Source: an uncultured Acidobacteriota bacterium
GTDB lineage: Bacteria > Acidobacteriota > Thermoanaerobaculia > UBA5066 > Gp7-AA6
Length of the DNA: 64,000 bases
Direction of reading: 5' to 3'
NCBI GenBank assembly: GCA_963804915.1
Contig: CAWDSI010000005.1
Coordinates: 46,271 to 110,270 of the forward strand
A program made the translations under genes and the position numbers. The notes below the pieces were generated by a model that worked only from the letters and a program-made list of their open reading frames with translations, did no database searches and was not told the origin of the DNA. Below are positions 1 to 10,425 of this stretch, one piece after another (position 1 is the first letter of the stretch; every line of letters begins with the position of its first letter).

Positions 1-2186
1 ACGCCGTACACGCCGATGGCCGAGAGCAGGAGCGCCGCGGCCGCGAAGATCGCGAGCAGCTGCATCGCGGAACGGCGCTCGGCGACGGTCGAGGCCATCG
101 CGTCCTCGATCGACCGCACGCCGTAGATCGGCAGCTCGGCGTCGAGCGCGCGCACGCTCGAATCCAGCACCGTGGCCAGGGACGCCGCCGAGGCGCGGCC
201 CCGGACGACGAAGGTGAAGTCGGGGCTGACCGCCTGGAGCATCGGCCGGTAGTACATCGGCCGGTCCTCGAGGGCGAGCGATTCGGTCTTCACGTCGCCG
301 ACCACGCCGACGATCGTGATCCACGGGATCGTGTCGACGAGCTGGCGGTCGGCCGTCGCCCGGGCCTGCGGCTGGGCGTTGCCTGGCCGCACGCGCCGGC
401 CGATCGGATCCTCGCCTCCGAAGAACTGGCGGGCGAACGCCTCGCTGACGATCGCGACCGGCGCGCCCTGCGCGTCGTCGTGCTCGGTGAAGGCGCGGCC
501 GCGCTTGAGGGGAATTCCGAGCGTGTCGAAGTAGCCGACGCTCACGCCCGAGGTCTCGGAGATCACGATGCCGCCCTGATCCGGATCCCGGCCCTCGATC
601 AGCAGGCGCGCCCGCGACCGGCCGTTTCCGAACGGCACGCGGGTCGCTCCGGCCGCGGAGGAGACTTCCGGAAGCGACCCGATGCGTTCGATCGCCCGGC
701 GGTAGAAAGCCATCTGAGACGCGGGGGTGAAGTAGCGGCCGGTCTCGCGGACGTCCGGTTGAGGCAGCCACACGCCGGCCGTCGTCACGCCCTTCGGGTC
801 GAACCCCGTCTCCACTCCCTGGAGACGCCAGAGCGTGCGGACGAGCAGGCCCGCGGCCACGAGCAGCACGAGCGCGAGCGCGAACTCGCTGACGACCAGG
901 GCGGAGCGGATCCGGCGGCCGGCGCGGCTCGAGGCTCCGCGGGAGCTGTCGTTGAGGGAAGCGCCCGGACGCGAGCTCGTCCCCTGGAACGCGGGGGCGA
1001 GGCCGAAGAGGACGCCCGTGAGGAGGGACGCGCCGAGCGCGAAGACGAGCACGCGGGGATCGAGACCGACCTCGGCAAGCCGCGGAAGGCTCGAGGGCAG
1101 CACCCGCGTCAGGACGTCGACGCCGAAGGCGGCGAGGAAGAGCCCGAGCGCTCCGCCGAGAAGCGCCACGACCATGCTCTCGGTGAGCAGCTGACGGATC
1201 AGACGGCCGCGGCCGGCGCCGAGAGCCTGCCGCACCGCGATCTCCCGGCGGCGGGAAGACGCCTTGGCGAGGAAGAGATTCGCGACGTTGGCGCAGGCAA
1301 TCAGGAGCACGAAGGCCACGGCGGCGAGGAGGGTGACCAGGACGGGACGCACGCGGCCGACGAGATCGTCCTGAAGCGGCAGGACGCGGGGCGCCCAGCC
1401 GTCGGCCTCGGGATAGTCGCCCGGGAACTCCTTGCGAAGCTGAACGGCGAGCGCGTCGAGGCGCTTCTGCGCCGCCTCCACCGTGACGCCCGGGGCGAGA
1501 CGCGCGAGCGCGCCCTGGAGGAAATACGCGCGACGGTTCGGGCCCTGAAAGGGCGCTCCGAGCCAGCCGGACGGCGCCCAGATTTCGACGTCGGTTTCGA
1601 TGGCGCGCCCCGGGTGGCGGAAGCCCTTCGGCGCGACGCCGATGATCGTGCAGAGGTCGTCGTCGATGCGCAGAGGCTTGCCGACGACGTTCGGGTCCGC
1701 GCCGTACCGCCGGCGCCAGAATCCGTCCGAGAGAACGACGACGTCGGCGATCCCGGGGTCGTAGTCCTTCTTCTCGAAGAGGCGGCCGACCTGGGCCCGG
1801 GCGCCGCCGAGGACGTCGAAGTACTCGACGTCCATCAGCAGCACTTCCACGCGCTCGGGGCGGTCGCCTCCGGTCACGTTGGCGTTGATGCGGTACAACC
1901 CCGAGATCGCGGTGAAGGCTCCGGTGCGTTCGCGGTAGTCGAACATCTCGGGAGCGGAGAGACCGACGTCGACTCCGCCGCGCTTGACGAAGTCCGAGGT
2001 GATGCGCACGAGCTCTCCCGGCCTGGCGAAGGGGAGGGGCCGCAGGAGGACGGCGTTCACGACCGAGAAGATGGCCGCGTTGGCGCCGATCCCCAGCGCC
2101 AGCGTCCCGATGGCGACGGCGGCGAAGCCCGGGTTCTTTCGAAGCATCCGCAGCGCGTATCGCAGGTCCTGGCCGAGCGTGTTCAT
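1..2186 (-). CDS. ADOP-family duplicated ABC permease (MacB-like), 3' end outside window
   Basis: Read manually (absent from the ORF track because it has no stop in the window): MNTLGQDLRYALRMLRKNPGF...[24 protein letters not shown]...RREIAVRQALGA, open to base 3 (LLSAIGVYG); GGAGGAG RBS upstream. Confidence 0.93.
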   Translation of the reverse strand, partial: MNTLGQDLRYALRMLRKNPGFAAVAIGTLALGIGANAAIFSVVNAVLLRPLPFARPGELVRITSDFVKRGGVDVGLSAPEMFDYRERTGAFTAISGLYRINANVTGGDRPERVEVLLMDVEYFDVLGGARAQVGRLFEKKDYDPGIADVVVLSDGFWRRRYGADPNVVGKPLRIDDDLCTIIGVAPKGFRHPGRAIETDVEIWAPSGWLGAPFQGPNRRAYFLQGALARLAPGVTVEAAQKRLDALAVQLRKEFPGDYPEADGWAPRVLPLQDDLVGRVRPVLVTLLAAVAFVLLIACANVANLFLAKASSRRREIAVRQALGAGRGRLIRQLLTESMVVALLGGALGLFLAAFGVDVLTRVLPSSLPRLAEVGLDPRVLVFALGASLLTGVLFGLAPAFQGTSSRPGASLNDSSRGASSRAGRRIRSALVVSEFALALVLLVAAGLLVRTLWRLQGVETGFDPKGVTTAGVWLPQPDVRETGRYFTPASQMAFYRRAIERIGSLPEVSSAAGATRVPFGNGRSRARLLIEGRDPDQGGIVISETSGVSVGYFDTLGIPLKRGRAFTEHDDAQGAPVAIVSEAFARQFFGGEDPIGRRVRPGNAQPQARATADRQLVDTIPWITIVGVVGDVKTESLALEDRPMYYRPMLQAVSPDFTFVVRGRASAASLATVLDSSVRALDAELPIYGVRSIEDAMASTVAERRSAMQLLAIFAAAALLLSAIGVYG

Positions 2187-2260
2187 GGGATCTCCTCCGT
2201 CATGGGATGCGCGAGTCGGTCCGCAATGCTTCGATCGGGTCGATATTCGAGGGAGATCAT
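2183..2260 (-). other. 25-aa linker ORF MISLEYRPDRSIADRLAHPMTEEIP, possible degraded permease remnant
   Basis: ATG 7 nt after the upstream stop; TGA overlaps the next ATG (ATGA); RLAHPMT weakly resembles the ADOP C-terminal RxDPMT. Confidence 0.35.
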
Positions 2261-2267
2261 GGGCGCC

Positions 2268-4709
2268 TCACTCGGATCGCAGAGCCGTGGACGGATCGAT
2301 GCGTGCCGCGCGGCGGGCGGGCGCCCACATCGCGAGCGCCGCGGCGGCAGCCAGGACGGCGACGACCGCGACGAAGGTGATCGGGTCGGCGGGCGTGACG
2401 CCTCGCAGCGTCGCGCGCAGCCAGCGCGTCGCGGCGAGAGCGGCGCCGACGCCCGCGGCGAGGCCCAGCGCGACGGGCGGCACGCCGTGCCGGGCGGTCG
2501 CGACGATGATGTCGCGCGCGCTGGCCCCGAGCGCGATGCGCACGCCGAACTCGGCGGTGCGGGCGGCGACGAAGTAGGAGACGATGCCGTAGATGCCCAC
2601 GGCGGCGAGGAGCAGGCCCACGATGCCGAGCGAAGCGAGCAGGATCGTGGCGAAGCGTTCCTGCGAGAGGGACTCGCGGAGCCGTTCGTCCATCGTCCGC
2701 AGTTCGTAGACCGGAACCCCCGGCGCGACCGCCTGCACCGCGGCGCGCATCGGACCGGCGAGCGTTCCGGCGTCGCCGTTGCGCGCCTTCGCGACCAGCG
2801 TGACCGAGCGCTGCACCCAGTTCCATCCGTCGGTCGGGGTCTGGCCGATCGGGAGATAGAACTCGGGATAGGCATCCTCGCCGAGGCCCCGCGAATGCGT
2901 GTCGCCGGCGATGCCGACGACCGTCTTGAACATGGGGTCCTCCGGAGAGCCTTCGCAGCAGGCGACGCGTTTTCCGATCGCGTCCTGGCCCGGCCAGAGG
3001 CGCCGCGCCAGGCCGTCGCTCATGATCATGACCCGGACCGCTCCGGCCGCGTCCCGTTCGTCGAAGCCGCGTCCGCGAAGAAGCGGGATCCCCATCGTCT
3101 TCAGGTAGCCGGACGTGACGATCCGCAGGCGCGCGTCCACGGCGTTCTTGATGTCGAGCTCCGCCGCCTCGGCGACGATCCCGTTGGAGTTGCCGCCCGG
3201 ACCGAGCGGGACCTGCGTCGTCAGCGCCGCGGACGCGACGCCCGGCGCGCGGCCGAGCTCCTCGACCACCTGCGACAGCGCCCGCGAAACGGAGCGGGGG
3301 TCTTCGTAGGCGGCGCGGGGGAGCGAGATGCGCGCCGTGAGAATGCCTCGGGGATCGAAGCCCGGGTCGACGCGCTGCAGGTGCATGGCGGTCCGGATCA
3401 GAAGGCCGGCTCCGGCGAGCAGCGGGAGCACGAGGGCGACCTGTCCGGCCACGAGCACGGTGCGGACGCGATCGCGTCCGGCGCCGCCCCCGTACGTCCC
3501 GCGTCCCCCTTCCCGCAGCCCCGTCTGGAGGTCGCCGCGGGAGGCGCGCACGACGGGCGCCAGGCCGAAGAGGACCGCGCTCAGGACGGAGACCGCGAGC
3601 GCGAAGGCGAGGGCGATGCCATTCACTCCGGCCTGCTCGATGCGCGGCACGTCGCCGGGGCTCGCCGCGACGAGCGCCCCGACCGCGGCCGACGCGAAGA
3701 GGATGCCGAGGGCTCCGCCGGCGAGGCCGAGCAGGAGATTTTCCGTCAGGAGCTGCCGGGCGATCCGGCCCCGCGAGGCGCCGACCGCCGAGCGCACCGT
3801 CAATTCGCGGGCGCGGAGCGCGCCGCGGGCGAGGAGCATGTTGGACACGTTGATGCAGGCGATCAGGAGCACGAGCCCGACGGCTCCGAAGAGGATCCAG
3901 AGCCGGTCGGAATAGTCCTCGACGAGGATTTCGCGCATCGGCTGGATCTTGAAGTCGCGCTCGGCCGCATCCTGCGGGTGGAGCTTGCGGATCCCGGCCA
4001 TGATGGTGGAGGCCTCGGCCTGCGCCCCGGCGACGGTCGCGGCCGGGCGGAGGAGCCCCGACACCACGAGATTGTGATTGTCGTGGTCCGCGAGGGTCTC
4101 CGGCGTGAACGCCGCCGGGATCCAGAGCTCTTCATTCTCGCGGGCGTAGTCGAAGGCCTTCGGCATCACTCCGACGACGGTATAGAGCTCGCCGTCGAGA
4201 CGGATCGTCCGGCCGAGGATGTCGCGGGCCGCGCCCAGCCGCCCGGACCAGAGCCGATGGCTCAGGACGACGACGCGCTCTCCTCCCGGACGGTCCTCCT
4301 CGGGCCGGAACACGCGGCCGAGCGCGGGAGCGACGCCGAAGACGGTGAAGAAGTCCCGCGTCACGCGCGCGCCGAGGACGCGTTCCGCCGAGTCCCCGAG
4401 GGCGATGTTCAGGTTCGCGTAGCGCGCGCCGGCGAGGGCGTCGAAACTCTTGCTGTCTCGCTGGAGATCCGCGAGCATTCCCGCGGCGACGTTTCCCCGG
4501 CGGCCCTTCCACATTTCCATGACGGTGACGATCCGCTCGGGATCCGCGAAGGGGAGCGGCTCGAGCAGCACGGCGCGCACGAGACTGAAGATCGCCGTGT
4601 TCGCCCCGATGCCCAGGGCGAGGGTGCCGATCGCGACGGCGGCGAAGCCCGGGCTCTTGCGGAGCATCCGCGCGGCATAGCGCAAGTCCTGCAGAAAGGT
4701 TTTCATCAT
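2268..4709 (-). CDS. ADOP-family duplicated ABC permease, 813 aa
   Basis: [17 protein letters not shown]-terminus, two periplasmic+FtsX halves, C-terminal [17 protein letters not shown]. Confidence 0.95.
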   Translation of the reverse strand: MMKTFLQDLRYAARMLRKSPGFAAVAIGTLALGIGANTAIFSLVRAVLLEPLPFADPERIVTVMEMWKGRRGNVAAGMLADLQRDSKSFDALAGARYANLNIALGDSAERVLGARVTRDFFTVFGVAPALGRVFRPEEDRPGGERVVVLSHRLWSGRLGAARDILGRTIRLDGELYTVVGVMPKAFDYARENEELWIPAAFTPETLADHDNHNLVVSGLLRPAATVAGAQAEASTIMAGIRKLHPQDAAERDFKIQPMREILVEDYSDRLWILFGAVGLVLLIACINVSNMLLARGALRARELTVRSAVGASRGRIARQLLTENLLLGLAGGALGILFASAAVGALVAASPGDVPRIEQAGVNGIALAFALAVSVLSAVLFGLAPVVRASRGDLQTGLREGGRGTYGGGAGRDRVRTVLVAGQVALVLPLLAGAGLLIRTAMHLQRVDPGFDPRGILTARISLPRAAYEDPRSVSRALSQVVEELGRAPGVASAALTTQVPLGPGGNSNGIVAEAAELDIKNAVDARLRIVTSGYLKTMGIPLLRGRGFDERDAAGAVRVMIMSDGLARRLWPGQDAIGKRVACCEGSPEDPMFKTVVGIAGDTHSRGLGEDAYPEFYLPIGQTPTDGWNWVQRSVTLVAKARNGDAGTLAGPMRAAVQAVAPGVPVYELRTMDERLRESLSQERFATILLASLGIVGLLLAAVGIYGIVSYFVAARTAEFGVRIALGASARDIIVATARHGVPPVALGLAAGVGAALAATRWLRATLRGVTPADPITFVAVVAVLAAAAALAMWAPARRAARIDPSTALRSE

Positions 4710-4795
4710 TCGCTCCTGAGTACCTGTACGGGATCGAGCCGGGACGCTCGCCGCGCCCGGAGGGCCTGCCGAACGTCGTGCGTCAGAAAGGTCAT
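4706..4795 (-). pseudogene. 29-aa internally deleted ADOP permease remnant [29 protein letters not shown]
   Basis: First 13 aa match the ADOP N-terminal motif (QDLRYALR), last 16 aa match the C-terminal motif (ARRAxRxDPxxALRSE); GAGGAG RBS; stop overlaps the next ATG. Confidence 0.85.
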
Positions 4796-4821
4796 GGGCG
4801 GCTCCTCACTCGCTCAGCTCT

Positions 4822-7299
4822 CTACTCCGTGCGGAGGGCGGTCATCGGATCGACGCGGGCGGCACGCTCGGCCGGCACGGCGCTCGCGGCGAGCACGGCG
4901 CCGCCGAGGATCGCGGCGGCGACCAGGTAAGAGGCCGGATCGAAGGGCGAAATGCCGAAGAGAAGCGGAGCGGCGAAGCGGGACGCCGCGCCCGCCACGG
5001 CGAGTCCGGCGGCGAGCCCGGCGACGGCGAAGCGCACGCCGCGCGACAGGACCAGGCGTCGCACGCTTCCGGCCTGGGCCCCGAGCGCGAGGCGGATGCC
5101 GAACTCCCGGGTCCGCGCCTGCGTCGCGTACGAGACGACGCCATAGAGCCCGGTGGCGGCGAGCACCAGCGCGAGCACGGCGAATGCGCCCACGAGCCAC
5201 GCGAGCAGCCGTCCCTGTCCGAGGGACAGCCCGAGCTTCTCCTCGAGCGTGCGGACGTGGAAAAGCGGGAGCTCGGCGTCCAGCGCGCCGACCGCATCGG
5301 CCAGGGGCTTGCGCAGCGCCGCGGGGTCGACACCGGCGGCGGCGTCGAGCAGGATCATCATCCGCGGCGTATAGAACTGCGAGACCGGGACGTAGACGGT
5401 GGGGTCCGGCGCGCGGCGCAGACTGCGGAAGCGCACGTCCTTGACGACGCCGATGATCTCGCCGCCCACGCCCGGGGGGCCCAGGTTCATGATCCGCCGC
5501 CCGACCGGGTTCTTCACGCCCGGCCAGTAGCGACGGGCCATGCTCTCGCTGATGATCGCGACCTGCGTGCTCGTCGGGGTGTCGCGCGCATCGAAGTCGC
5601 GGCCGGCCACCAGCCGGGTCCCCAGCGTCTCGAAGAAGCCCGGCGTCACGATGTTGAGATCCGCCTGCGGGATTTCTCCGGCGATCGGTGTGTAGCCGTC
5701 ACTCTCGATCGACGTGCGCATGCCGGAGCGCTGGACGGGAAGCGTGCGCCCGAGCGCGGCCGATCGCACGCCCGGGATGCTCCGAAGGCGCGTGAGAAGC
5801 TCGGGAAGGAACGCCCCTCCCCGCTCGCGGTCGTAACCCTGCTTGGAGAGATCGATCGACGCCTCGAGCTTGCCCGTGGTCGCGAACCCCGGATCGACCT
5901 TCGCCTCGCGCGCCAGCGTTCGCCCCATCAGACCCGCGCCGACCAGGAGGACGGCGGTGAGCGCGATCTGCCCGACGACGAGCGCGTCGCGAAGCGTGAG
6001 CCGGCGAGACAGGCGCGGACCCGAGGCGTCCTTCAGGGAGGCCAGGACGTCGAGGCGACCGGCGCGCGCGGCGGGCGCCAGGCCGAAGAGGAGCGCCGAA
6101 AGGAACGCGGCGCCGCCCGCGAAGGCGAGCGCGCGCGTGTCGAGGATCCCGGAGGCGGCGCCGACCGGCAGAGCGAACTCCGGCGGCACCGCCGAGGCGA
6201 GCAGGTCGGCGGCCCAGACGGCGAAAAAGAGGCCGGCCGCCGCGCCGAGCCCGGCGAGCAGGAGACTCTCCACGAAGAGCTGGCGCGCGAGCTGGCGGCG
6301 CGAAGCGCCCAGCGCGAGGCGGACGCCGATCTCGCGCCGCCGGCGTTCGCTTCTGAGGAGCAGCAGTCCGGCGGCGTCGGCGCAGGCGATGAGGAGGACG
6401 AGGCCGGCCATCCCGAAAAGGAGCCATGAGATCCGCCGGGCTTCCGCCTTTGCGGCGGGACCGACGGCGAAGTCGGCGGCGGGCACGACGCGGGCCATCG
6501 GATCCTGGTGGTCCTCGGGCTGGCCGGCCGCTCGCCGCTTCGCGATCGTGTCGAGCTCGGCCTGCGCGCGTTCGCGCGTCACGCCGGGCGTCAGCCGGGC
6601 CACGATGTCCAGCCACGACAGGTTCCGGCCGACGAGGATCTTTTCCGCGGCGAACTCGGGCAGCGCCTGGTCGACCATCGCGATCGGCACCCAGAGGTCC
6701 GGCAGGAAGTCGAGGCTGACGCCCGTAAAGGAAGGTTCCGCGACTCCGACGACCGTGAATGGATGGCCGTTGAGGCGGATCGTCTCGCCGACGGTCTCCG
6801 GCGCGGCGCCGAATCGTTTCCGCCACAGCCGGTGGCTGATGACGGCGACAGGATGGGCGCCGGGCACGCGATCGTCCGCGGGGGAAAGCAGCCGCCCGCG
6901 TGCGGGCCGCGCGCCGAGCAGCTCGAAGAAGCTCCCGCTGACGAGCGCCCCGGTCACTCGCTCCGCGGTCCCCCCGGAGCCGCTCGAGAGGTGAAACGCC
7001 TCGCCTTCGTCGTACGCCGCGATGCCGGCGAAAGACGTCGCGGCGTCGCGATAGTCGGTGAAGACGGGGTAGGAGGAGTTCGAGAGCTCGATGCCCTCGA
7101 CGTCGGTCGCGTAGACCCGAACCAGGGACGCCGGGTCCCGCACCGCGAGCGGGCGGAAGAGGACCGCGTCGACGATCGAGAAGATGGCGACGTTGGCCCC
7201 GATGCCCAGGCCGAGCGTCAGCACCGCGAGCACGGCGAAGCCCGGGCTGCGCCCGAGCATCCGGATGGCGTATCGCAGGTTCTGTCCGGGGATCCTCAT
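4822..7299 (-). CDS. ADOP-family duplicated ABC permease, 825 aa
   Basis: NLRYAIRMLGRSPGF, LLIACAD, RREIGVRLALGA, C-terminal RAARVDPMTALRTE. Confidence 0.95.
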   Translation of the reverse strand: MRIPGQNLRYAIRMLGRSPGFAVLAVLTLGLGIGANVAIFSIVDAVLFRPLAVRDPASLVRVYATDVEGIELSNSSYPVFTDYRDAATSFAGIAAYDEGEAFHLSSGSGGTAERVTGALVSGSFFELLGARPARGRLLSPADDRVPGAHPVAVISHRLWRKRFGAAPETVGETIRLNGHPFTVVGVAEPSFTGVSLDFLPDLWVPIAMVDQALPEFAAEKILVGRNLSWLDIVARLTPGVTRERAQAELDTIAKRRAAGQPEDHQDPMARVVPAADFAVGPAAKAEARRISWLLFGMAGLVLLIACADAAGLLLLRSERRRREIGVRLALGASRRQLARQLFVESLLLAGLGAAAGLFFAVWAADLLASAVPPEFALPVGAASGILDTRALAFAGGAAFLSALLFGLAPAARAGRLDVLASLKDASGPRLSRRLTLRDALVVGQIALTAVLLVGAGLMGRTLAREAKVDPGFATTGKLEASIDLSKQGYDRERGGAFLPELLTRLRSIPGVRSAALGRTLPVQRSGMRTSIESDGYTPIAGEIPQADLNIVTPGFFETLGTRLVAGRDFDARDTPTSTQVAIISESMARRYWPGVKNPVGRRIMNLGPPGVGGEIIGVVKDVRFRSLRRAPDPTVYVPVSQFYTPRMMILLDAAAGVDPAALRKPLADAVGALDAELPLFHVRTLEEKLGLSLGQGRLLAWLVGAFAVLALVLAATGLYGVVSYATQARTREFGIRLALGAQAGSVRRLVLSRGVRFAVAGLAAGLAVAGAASRFAAPLLFGISPFDPASYLVAAAILGGAVLAASAVPAERAARVDPMTALRTE

Positions 7300-7308
7300 C
7301 GGTTCACC

Positions 7309-9742
7309 TCACTTCCGCAGGGCGGTCACAGGGTCGAGGCGCGCGGCGCGCCGGGCCGGAAACCAGTGCGCGGCGAGCGCGGCGGCGGCGAGCACGGCGG
7401 CCGCGGCCGCGAGGGAGACGGGATCGCCCGGACGAACCTCGTAGAGGATCGCCGCGAGGAAGCGCGTCGCGCCGAACGCACCGAGCAGCCCCGCGGCCAG
7501 CCCGAAGGCGATCAGGCCGGAGCCGCCGACGAGCACGAGGCGGGCGATGTCGCGGGGCGTCGCCCCGAGGGCCATGCGGATTCCGATCTCGCGGGTGCGC
7601 TGTCCGACGGAGTGCGCGACGACGCCGTAGAGGCCGAGAGCCGCGAGCGCCAGCGCGGCGAGGGCGAACGCCCCGAGGAGCCGCATGACGAAGCGCCGCG
7701 GGGCGGCGGAACGCGCCACGCGCTCGTCCATGGAGGCGACGTCGAAGATCGGGACTCCGGGATCGAGGGCGTGAACCTCGCTGCGAATCGACGCGGTCAG
7801 ACTCGCCGGGTTCGCGGTCCGGGCGAGGACCACGAGGCTCAGCAAGCCGTCGGTCACCTGCGCCTGAGGCAGATACATCTGCGGCGTCGGGGCGAGGGCG
7901 ACGTCCACGTGCCGCACGTCTCCCGCGACGCCGACGATCGTTCGCCAGGGGCCCTCGTCGGAGGCGCCGATCCGGACGCGCTCGCCGATCGGATCGCGCC
8001 CCGGGAACAGTGTCCTCGCGGTGGACTCCGAGACGATCATCACCGGCGGCGAGTCGGCCCGGTCCTCCGCCGTGAACGCCCGGCCGCGCCGGAGCGGGAC
8101 GCCCATCGCACGGAAGTAGTCGGGCGTCACCGAGTAGCGCTCGACCGAGGGATCCTCCGCCGGGTTCGGTCGCATGCGTCCCTCGACGTGGAACCCGTAG
8201 GAATCCCCGTTGCCCCCGAGCGGAACCTGGGACACGAGGGCGACCGCCTCGACCCCCGGAAGCGCGCGCACGCTTTCGAGCAGGCGGTCCTGGAACGTCA
8301 CGACGGCGGCGTCGGTGGTCGCGTCTGCGGGCGTGGCCAGGCCGAGGGTCAGCACGCGGTTGGTCGAGAAGCCGAACGGCGTATCGAGGAGCCGCGCCAT
8401 GCTGCGCACCATGAGGAACGCGCCCGAGACGAGCATGACCGCGAGGGCGAGCTCCGCGACAGTCAGGATCCGGCGCGCCCGCGAGACTCCGGAAGCGGCG
8501 CTGCCGCGCGACTCCGAGGCGAGGGTCGCCGAGAGGCGCGCCGCGGAAGCCCGGAGGGCCGGGACGCCCCCCGACAGAAACGCCGCCGTGAGCGAGGCGA
8601 GGGCCGCGAAACCGAGGACCCGCGCGTCGATCGCGATCTGGCTCCGCGCGCGGCAGCGAGACCGGTGCGAGGCGCAACAGCGTCGACTGGAGCAACCCGG
8701 CGAGCAGAAATCCGAGCGCCCCGCCGGCGGCGCAGAGGACGAGACTCTCTGCGAAGAGCTGCCGGACCAGGCGTCCGCGGCTCGCACCGAGGGCGCTCCG
8801 AATGGCGAGCTCCGGACCGCGGCGGAGCGAGCGGGCGAGCGTCAGGTTCGCGACGTTGGCGCACGCGATGAGCAGGACGAAACCGACGGCGCCGACGAGA
8901 ACGATGAGCGGCGTTCGCAGCCCGGAGGTCACCTCGCGCGAAAGGGGAGCGACGTCCATGGAGCCTTCCGCGTACTCCTGCGGATGCTCGAGCGCGAGTC
9001 TCCGGCGGATGCCGTCGAGGTCCGCCCGAGCCTGCTCGAGCGTCACGCCCGGCGCCACGCGGCCGAGGGCCTTCAGGTGCTGGCAGCTGTGGCAGGCCTG
9101 CGGAAGGCTGAGGTCGTAGCCGATGGGGGCCCAGAGCCGCGCCGGCTTGTAGTAGCGGGCCGAGACCAGGGGCTCGAAATCGGGGGGAAGGACGCCGATG
9201 ACGCGGTAGCTGTTCCCGTCCATCCGGACGACGCGGCCCACGACCGACGGGTCCGCGCCGAAGCTCTGGCGCCAGAGCCCGTCGCTCAGGATGACGACGC
9301 GCCAGGAGTCCGGGCGGTCGTCCTCCGGACGGAAATCCTGGCCGAGCGCCGGACGCACGCCCAGCATCGAGAAGTAATTCGCGCTCACGCGCATCGCGGG
9401 AAGGAGCTCGGCGACGCCGTCGGTCACGAGCGTGGGTTGCCAGAACCGGACGGCCGCCATCGTGTCGAACGTGCGGTTGCGGTCGCGCAACTCCACGTAG
9501 TTCGCGAAGCCGACGTTGCCCGGAGAGCCGCCTCCGGGCGACTCGTTCCGGTCGCCGACCATCACCAGACGGTCGCCGCCGGCATACGGAAGCGGCCGCA
9601 GGAGCACGGCGTCGAGGACCGAGAAGATCGCGGTGCTCGCGCCGATCCCGAGGGCCAGCGTCGCGAGCGCGACGGCCGCATACCCCGGGCTCTTCCGCAG
9701 CGTTCGTGCCGCGTAGCGCAGATCCTGGAGGAATCCGTTCAT
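7309..9742 (-). CDS. ADOP-family duplicated ABC permease, apparent frameshift near 8645
   Basis: N-half in ORF 7304..9742 ([20 protein letters not shown]...LAPVSLPRA), C-half in ORF 7309..8787 ([11 protein letters not shown]...[10 protein letters not shown]). Confidence 0.9.
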
Positions 9743-9752
9743 CGGTGCGTCC

Positions 9753-10418
9753 TCAGTCGTTGACGATCCAGCCGTCGCGCAGCCGCACGATCCGGTCTCC
9801 GTAGGACGCGTTGTCCTCGGAGTGCGTGACCTGGATGATCGTCATGCCCTCGGCGTTCAGCGACTTGAAGAGGCGCATGATCTCGCGCCCCTGGTCCGTA
9901 TGGAGGTTGCCGGTCGGCTCGTCCGCGAGCAGGAGCTTCGGCTTCGCGATGAGCGCGCGGGCCACGCCGACGAGCTGCTGCTGGCCGCCGGAGAGCTGGT
10001 TGGGGAAGAGGTCCTTCTTGCCGACGATCTGGAATCGGTCGAGCGTGTCGGCGACGATGGCGGCCCGCTCCGAGGCCTTCACGTTGCGGTAGGAGAGCGG
10101 GATGTCGAGGTTCTCGGCGACCGTGAGGTTGTCCAGCAGGTGGTACTGCTGGAAGACGAAGCCGACGTACTTCTTGTTGAGCTCGATGCGCTCCCTCGGC
10201 TTCATGCGGTGGACGTCGTGCTCGAGGAGCCGGTACTCGCCGGCCCAGTCGTGATCGAGCATCCCGAGGATCGAGAGGAGCGTCGACTTGCCGGCGCCCG
10301 AAGGGCCCATGATGGTCACGAACTCGCCGGGCTGGATCGAGAGCTGGATCCGGCGGAGCAGGAAGATCTGGCCGGCCTTGCTGGCCACGGACTTTTCGAG
10401 GTTCGAAAGCTGAATCAT
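9753..10418 (-). CDS. ABC transporter ATP-binding protein (MacB/LolD type), 221 aa
   Basis: Walker [17 protein letters not shown] signature, [11 protein letters not shown]-loop VTH. Confidence 0.96.
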   Translation of the reverse strand: MIQLSNLEKSVASKAGQIFLLRRIQLSIQPGEFVTIMGPSGAGKSTLLSILGMLDHDWAGEYRLLEHDVHRMKPRERIELNKKYVGFVFQQYHLLDNLTVAENLDIPLSYRNVKASERAAIVADTLDRFQIVGKKDLFPNQLSGGQQQLVGVARALIAKPKLLLADEPTGNLHTDQGREIMRLFKSLNAEGMTIIQVTHSEDNASYGDRIVRLRDGWIVND

Positions 10419-10425
10419 GATTCGT

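Noticed and set aside
9077-9094. Possible heme c attachment site in a permease
   Set aside because: Sequence is CHSCQH (CxxCxH), not CxxCH
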